DNA from: Auanema rhodensis | Lineage: Eukaryota; Animalia; Nematoda | Direction of reading: 5' to 3' | Assembly: GCA_964057225.1 (NCBI GenBank) | Contig: OZ059895.1 | Span: 15,190,001-15,254,000, forward strand | DNA length: 64,000 nt | Part shown: piece after piece, positions 57,218-64,000 of the stretch | How the letters are laid out: every line of letters begins with the position of its first letter | Numbering within the stretch: position 1 is the first letter of the stretch | Notes under the pieces: model-generated | What the model saw: only the letters and a program-made list of their open reading frames with translations | What the model was told of the DNA's origin: nothing | Database searches by the model: none | Made by a program: the position numbers and the translations under genes

Positions 57218-60158
57218 ATGTGTTTCTATTACATTATTATTCTATCGTTAAGTTGATACTGATATGTAAGCTTTGATTATCTTTATCCAATTGTCGCCAA
57301 ATTACTTTGTTCGGTGTGAATAAAAGTTATTATTTCAGCGCCAGTAGGAGGGAGCGCGATAACTAAATAACTGGGAGAACAGTAGTATTAGGAGGGAACT
57401 TTGGAAACTACGCAGCATGTCTGTTCGTGGTATGGAATCTGAAAAATGGGAATCAAATTTTGGAGGATTGAATGAGCTTTTTTTTTGGATAGGAATGAAA
57501 ACCCTCCCCCCTCTAAAGGATTTCAGGTCGGATTATCGTGAGGCAGCCGAATCCAGGTAATATATGCGTCAGGTAGGTATTTTGAGTTTTACATCGCCCA
57601 TCCGATGCTGTCCTCGACTTCAATAAAAGTTTCAAAGTTCCTTGTACTTTGTTAATGATGATCTCATGCATCCGATTTGGTGGGAACAGGTAAGATAGCT
57701 CATCATTCCATCCATAATTCGTTCGCAGGGGTTGGCTGGGAAATAATATGATTAGCTCAAGGGGACCACAGTTCGGTGCTTATTCGGATACTAAATGGCG
57801 CTTTGTGGACATGATTGTTCTTAAAAAATGTGGTTTTCAAATCTGTTGCAATTTGGAAGATCAAGTTGAAAATGGAGTCAAACATGGTGAAAGAAGCGTG
57901 CAATTAGGACCGATTCAAACAGTGAAACAATGAAATCAGAATACACGTAAAGTCGAAAAATAGCGTAATTAGTTTCCGGTACAGAGCAAGTAGTAAGGCA
58001 GGTCCAGCCTTTTACAAGCTTCCGCAGTTCATTGAATTATTTTATGTACACCTACGCTGAATAGGTTTATTCAATTCCGTCATATTGCGATTCGGCTTTG
58101 TAGAGACTTGTGGTTACTGCAGCTTTCTACATTGATTATTACTTTTTTCTTATTTTAAATGAATATTTTTGTTCTTACTTTTCTAATTATCAAAAGAAAT
58201 AGACATTTAATCTACGAAGATTTCAGTTAGTTTTTGTAAACTAACTAGAAGCTTGTCGTCGTAAAATTGAGAATTATTATGTCCACAGGTAACGTTATAG
58301 CTCAAGTTTGTTACTTAAGCTACAGAAAACTAACTAAATGTTCTTCCGGTTGATATAACAAACAACAATGATTAGAAGTCTATACTTTATAATCACAACA
58401 TTCATTTGTCTTCTTTGAATCTTCTGTGGGGTGAATGCTTTTGCTCATTCTTGTACTACTGCAGCCAATGTCTTACTGGAAATCCTTGTACTCGACGAAA
58501 ACTGCCCGACAACCTACAGGACGCGGAACAACACGTCAAGAAAATGACGAAAAGCCTGAAGCCATGATAGGTAATATAAGAATTTGTTTATTGTCTCGGT
58601 TACGAAATGATTGATGACATTCTATTTTTGGTTGACGACCTTCATAGGCTGTGACCCAAAAGCATAGTTGAAACTTTGACTGAATAATCTAGTTCATGAG
58701 CTTTCCCCTTTTTAAGCCGTTTCCTATAAATGATGTTTAACGAAGCAGTTGAACTTGTCTGGAAGAGTCATAAAAATAAAAAGCAAGCACAAAAAAGAGG
58801 TTGAAACTCGAAAGTTCGACGGAAATTGAGAAACCATCATTCTCACATATTTGCACTACAACGAACTTCTGTCTGAGCAGAAAATTGCTGAGCTTTAATT
58901 CAGCAACATTTCGCTTGTTTTATTATGTTTTCATGGTATTAAAAGAGAAATAAAATCTCTTCCAACATACATCTTTAGCACTCAGCACTCTTTTCACAAC
59001 AGTTCTCTTATTTCTATTATCGCTCTTAATTTTATTATTATTCTCTTGTTGAGCTTCTCCTGAACTAATGCTTCATTTGAAAAAAAAGCAAATTAGAGAG
59101 AGAAAGAGAGAGAGAGGGGAGAAAAAGAAAAGAGAATGAGAGAGAATGAAGAGGGATGTTAGGGGACGAAGCTAAAAAGAAATGAGTGAGAGATTGAGAG
59201 CCTGCTGTTTTAACGTTTAGTCTTTCTTTAAGTAGAACAGAGAATGACGAATGAGAAGTAAAGCGGGTTAAACGATTGTTGAGAGGCAGAGAAGGAATCA
59301 AATAGAGTTTCTTAGAAGGCTACTGGGAAGAGATTTAAGAAATTAAAGTCTGCTCACGCGGAGCCCCCATTGAGACGAGATTTGGAGCTTGCGGCGGAGC
59401 AACACTTGATTTAAATATCAGAAAAATTGAGTTCAATGGCAGCTGACTAATTCCAGTCATCCATCTCGCAATGTCTTTGTTTTGCCACGACATTTTCTCC
59501 TCGAAAAATATGGCTGGATTGTCTAGATATCAGCTGGAAATATCTGAAAAATAGAAGCTTATCAAAGGCGAGCCAAAAGAATGGCTTCAAGAAAAATTTC
59601 AGAACGAAACATAAAATTGAGAATTGAACGTGAACGTTCTCTGATGCTGATGCAACGTCAATGTCTGAGATCTTCGTTGTGTAAGCTGAGCAGTCGCCGT
59701 CACGTCTCCAGAAGTCTTGATGCGTATCATTCGGGGCTGCTCTCTAAATGCATGAAAGCTTTACTGCTCTACTATCTCAAGCTCCTCTATCTAGCGCTAT
59801 CTGTCTCTATTCTTGTGTTGATGGATGTTGGTATTCCCTTGCTCTGTCATGCCCCTACATGCACCACGCCACGCACATACACAGACACATACACACAACC
59901 GAGGGCCAGATCTTCACAGCATCATCGTTTCATCTCGACTGCTCCTCCCACTTCTACTTCTTTGCAACTACCAGGCATCGAATCATCAACCCGTCTTCCG
60001 GTTCACGTTCCTGCTCAGCTGAGCTTTTGTGCTCCTCCTTCACCTCCCAGTCATATCATTCCAGCTGACGCAGCACTAGCAGGCGACAGCTTACATCTCG
60101 CTCAAAAGCCGGATAACTAATCTGTGTCGTGCACTCAAGACAGTGATCGACTTGTGTC

Positions 60159-61279
60159 ATGCAGCCCTCCAACTCCAAATTCTCATTGGTCCGCGTGGAG
60201 TCCTATCGCAATGGCTCTTCCCAGATGCAGCCACAACAGCTACATCCCACAAGTAGCCGGGTATCGAGATCATTCAGTGAGTGAACTAGTAGTTTATTTT
60301 TTCATTTTCTTCTGCCTCTCTGTTTTCCATTTTTTTGGCTATTTTTTCGTCATCTTATGGCCAAATTTGCAAAGGCGTGTGGTGGTCCACCACGAAACCG
60401 CTTCTTCAGCTCTGCCTTAGCCGTTGAATGGTAGTGAGGCCAATGTCCGCATATTTGGGCTTCATATTCACATATCCTTTATTCTATCCACTTCCTCCTT
60501 AGTAAACATTACGTATAGTTATTATTTTGTTTGAATGCTCCCGCCAACACTTTTTTTGTGAAAATTCTCTGCTATGAGCCAATTTTTCATATTTTGTTTC
60601 CTTTCTTTTTTCCAGAAGAATTCAACTTATATTTTGACATGTGCTTGCTTGTCGAAAGAATATTTTGTTTTATAAAAGCATGTTTCTTCCGACTTTTCAA
60701 TGCTCGAAAGATAAATACATCGTCTAATCTTTTTCAGTCAGATTTTCCTAGTATCACAGTTTTGAAATGTGATGTTTCAAGTAAATAACCCAGAATGTAT
60801 TGTGCTCTTGTTCTTCATGAAGTTTAAACAGTTAAGCCATTAGCAGTGGCCAGTTTTAAGTGTACTTGGATCACACACCCAAATTTTCAACCAAACACAC
60901 ATAGGCACAGAACACATGCACACACAGATATACACAGCTATCTCTCACTGCCTCCTGTTTTACCTCCCTCTCAATGAAATAAGCTCAATTTTGGACAGAA
61001 AATTGAAGAAAATTACATATGAAATTTCAATTTTTTTAGCCCAAGTATGCATATGTGTCGGCCCTATTCTCGTATGAAGTGTATTTATTTTGCTCATTTT
61101 TCAGCTATTGCCCTATCAGATATGGAGCAGCTTATACGAACCTCAAGATCTGGCCGTGCTACATCAAGGTAATTTAATTTTTCTCTTCATACTCATTATA
61201 TACAATCTTTATCACTTTTATGCATGATATTTCTATATCTCTATTGTGTCATCAAAAAAATGATAAGTGTAAGTATCTA

Positions 61280-61332
<53 letters not shown>

Positions 61333-62202
61333 CTCTTTCTCTCGCTATTTGTGTTTACATATAAATTTACATAATAATCTTCAATTTTCAGGCCAATACG
61401 AGCTCCTGGTTGTCAGTGTAGCTGTCATTTACTGAACGATGTGACGATTTCTCCAAGGCATGCCGTCTTCACTCCCCAGGGAGGCATATCTACCCATAAT
61501 CTGAGCAATACGAGCAAAAGTTCGATTTTTCTTTCTTCTTAAATAGTTTTTTTTATTCTTTGAAGTTTTGACAAATATATAAAACTATATATATATATAT
61601 ATAGTCTAAGGAGTTGATGACAAATATTAATTTTCGATAAAAGAAATGCCACAAAGAAAGTAAATTATTGTCATTTTATGTCACAGTACTGACTACGTTT
61701 AATTAAGCTAAAGTACATAAAATTGTTAAATGATCCTATAAAGTTCAAATTAAGATTAAAACTTCTTTTTTTCTAGCTGCACTAGCCGTAAAAATAACCT
61801 GCTCAGACAATGCACTATATCGAGTTAGTCCAGTGTTCGCTGTTTTAGAGCCTGGCCGTTGTATACCATTGAATGTAAGCAATAAACACCAATTTTTCTT
61901 ACCTATTTTGCACACAAAGAAGCAAATTTAATTAGTCATTAGCTTATTATTCACTTTATAAACTGCCTTCTAGATTGGACGTTTAGAAGGGCCGGTGAAA
62001 AAGGATAGATTGTGCATATTACTGGTGGAACATGACGGAAAATCATCTGCCAAAGATACATTTAAGGTTCATCATTATCACTTTTATCTCATGTCATGAT
62101 ATTTTGAATGAAAAACAAAAAGAAATAATACATAATTATTTTCAGAAAACTGGACTACAGCCCACAAACATATGTGTGCCGTTATTAGTAGCAGATGAAT
62201 GA
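60159..62202 (+). CDS. MSP-domain protein (SSP-like) with N-terminal extension
   Basis: Phase-compatible exons 60159-60276, 61105-61168, ~61392-61519, ~61777-61874, ~61974-62066, 62146-62202: VTISPRHAVFTPQGGISTHNLSN..LAVKITCSDNALYRVSPVFAVLEPG..IGRLEGPVKKDRLCI, typical of the MSP/SSP fold. Confidence 0.8.
61280..61343. repeat. (TC)n microsatellite, intronic
   Basis: Directly visible. Confidence 0.95.
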
Positions 62203-63340
62203 TGATTATATGTAAAATTGCATTTCTAAAAGAGAAAACATTTCCGAAACAAATCACCTGAGAAGAGCTTTATTTTTGTTATCCAATTCTCACATATTAC
62301 TACCTTTTCTTATTTTTGTCGTCTGAAAGAGTATATATATATAAATATATAAATATATAAATATATATATATATACATGAATATATTTTTCTAAAACAAA
62401 ATAAAAATAAAAATAATTTCGTATACAACCGCTTTAATTGAACTTTAAATGAAAAATGAGTTATCATGATGTTTGGCGTACGTGAAAATTTGAACTGTGT
62501 TGTCGTCGTGATCATTTCATTTACAACGGAAATGAAAAAGTTCCTTGTTCATTACTTAAAAGATCAATTTGAAAATAAAAGAAAAAATATCTCCGTGATT
62601 TTGTCAGTTTATTCTCTGTCTTTTGTTCTGTCATTTAACTCACGAAAGATCATTAAGTACATCATGGGGGTAATAGTATATGACAAATAAGATACAAACA
62701 GACAGACAGACACACACACACATCTAATACAGGAAAGAAGCTATAGTTGTCAATTAAAGGTCTGCAAGTCCAAACAAAACAATAATATTAATATCGCATA
62801 ATAAGACTTCTATAATATCATTATTTATATAATAAGTTAGTTCTAGAGAACAACAACAAAAAATAGTAATACAATATTTTAAATTTCTTATATTTGCTAT
62901 ATTTGCTATATTCTGATATCGATTATAGAATATATGTATAGCTCTTCAACGACACACCAGTATTTGTATGAGAAATGAAACGTGGAAAAGGATGACTATT
63001 GCTATAAATGGTCCATGAAAAGGCTTCATCATTTCTTTATCATTACGATAAAAGTAATACTCCTTGTAGTGCTAGTAAAAGTGGGCGAGCCTGAGCATCT
63101 AAGATGAAATGATAAAGAGATTAGTTGACTTGAAATTGTTTTTGTGAACTATTTTAGATCAGTTTTCAATAATTCAATTATATTCTTGTATTACTTTTGG
63201 TTTCCTTTTGTTCAATAAATTTATTTTTACTCCTCTTTTGTGTCGATTCTTCCACAGTTGTATTTCACTATGAAAGAGTGAAAGACAAACATATAATAAT
63301 AATGGTCATGATTCAAATAAACGTTTATTTCATATTTCAG

Positions 63341-64000
63341 CCTTTATTGATAACTATCATTTTACTTTCATGCTTGTATGCATCATAAAGTAAAGAATTT
63401 AATAGAAATCAAAAAGAGAGAGAGAGAGAAAAAAAGGTGAAAATGAGTGAAAAAACGTCTCCCAACAGTATTACACGTTTATTATTGTTTTTGTGCTTCA
63501 AAATTTCCAGCGAAATTTGCTGCCAGTTGTTGTAATGCATATGGCCATATACTACAAGATTTATTCTACAGCTTAGTTTGTGTATATCCACATACTATTT
63601 GATTTTTTAACTTAGTTTCTCAAATATATGTCTTAAACAGGGTTTATGATCTCTATTCGTTATGAAACAATATTGAAAGTTTTCTCATTTTCAACTGTAT
63701 TTTATTTTTAAAAATTAATTACCATAAATTGAATTTAATTATATATTTTCAGAATATATAAAGTATTGGATGAAGATCCCTACTGTTCGATATAATGTAC
63801 TGAAACATGTGGATGTACCTATTCATTACCACACTTTAAAAAAGGTTTTAGCTTTCTTAGCAGTTTTAATTGCAGTTTATATATTATATACTAAGAGGGA
63901 AGGTTAGTTAAATCATGTTTTCTTAAAAATTTGTGAAGTTTCCAACTTTTTAGAACATATTCGTAAACAATATGTACTTGAATGGGAAGAGTTCTTATCA
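63341..64000 (+). CDS. Probable exons of an unidentified gene running off the window end
   Basis: Acceptor-bounded open segments at ~63341, ~63510, ~63641, ~63753 (YIKYWMKIPTVRYNVLKHV) and ~63954 (HIRKQYVLEWEEFLS); phases not fully resolved. Confidence 0.3.

Noticed and set aside
59581-60120. 179-aa plus-strand ORF and overlapping ORFs
   Set aside because: Low-complexity, several frames open at once, no motif; more likely the promoter/5' region of the MSP-domain gene.

Overview
AT-rich eukaryotic genomic DNA with rhabditid-nematode architecture: many ~40-55 nt introns, TTTCAG/TTTTAG acceptors, and probable trans-splice sites and operons. The species cannot be named from the sequence. The left part (1-25 kb) and right end (58-64 kb) are gene-sparse and rich in (GA)n/(TC)n tracts. 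They hold two orphan multi-exon genes, an NAAA/acid-ceramidase gene, tRNA-Thr(AGT), a TTC28-like TPR gene, the start of the PPEF/pef-1 phosphatase gene, and an MSP/SSP-domain gene. The centre (29.7-57.2 kb) is a compact housekeeping cluster: strawberry notch (let-765), divergent from a probable set-1/avl-9/let-721 operon, then an ABCC/MRP transporter, SHMT (mel-32) and SRSF1 (rsp-3). Most notable observations: (1) a cryptic intron in the rsp-3 RS domain that would remove the stop codon and polyA signal and lead into GGAG-rich non-coding exons (candidate autoregulatory AS-NMD cassette); (2) an upstream exon giving SHMT a likely mitochondrial presequence; (3) many AAG 3' splice sites, plus one GC-AG and one apparent GT-GG intron; (4) two unexplained structured-RNA candidates (41164-41270, 42247-42395); (5) a duplicated MRP exon relic; (6) a canonical RFX/DAF-19 X-box next to an orphan first exon. 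All gene models were assembled by hand from splice signals and reading-frame phase. Homology calls are from recalled motifs, not database searches.
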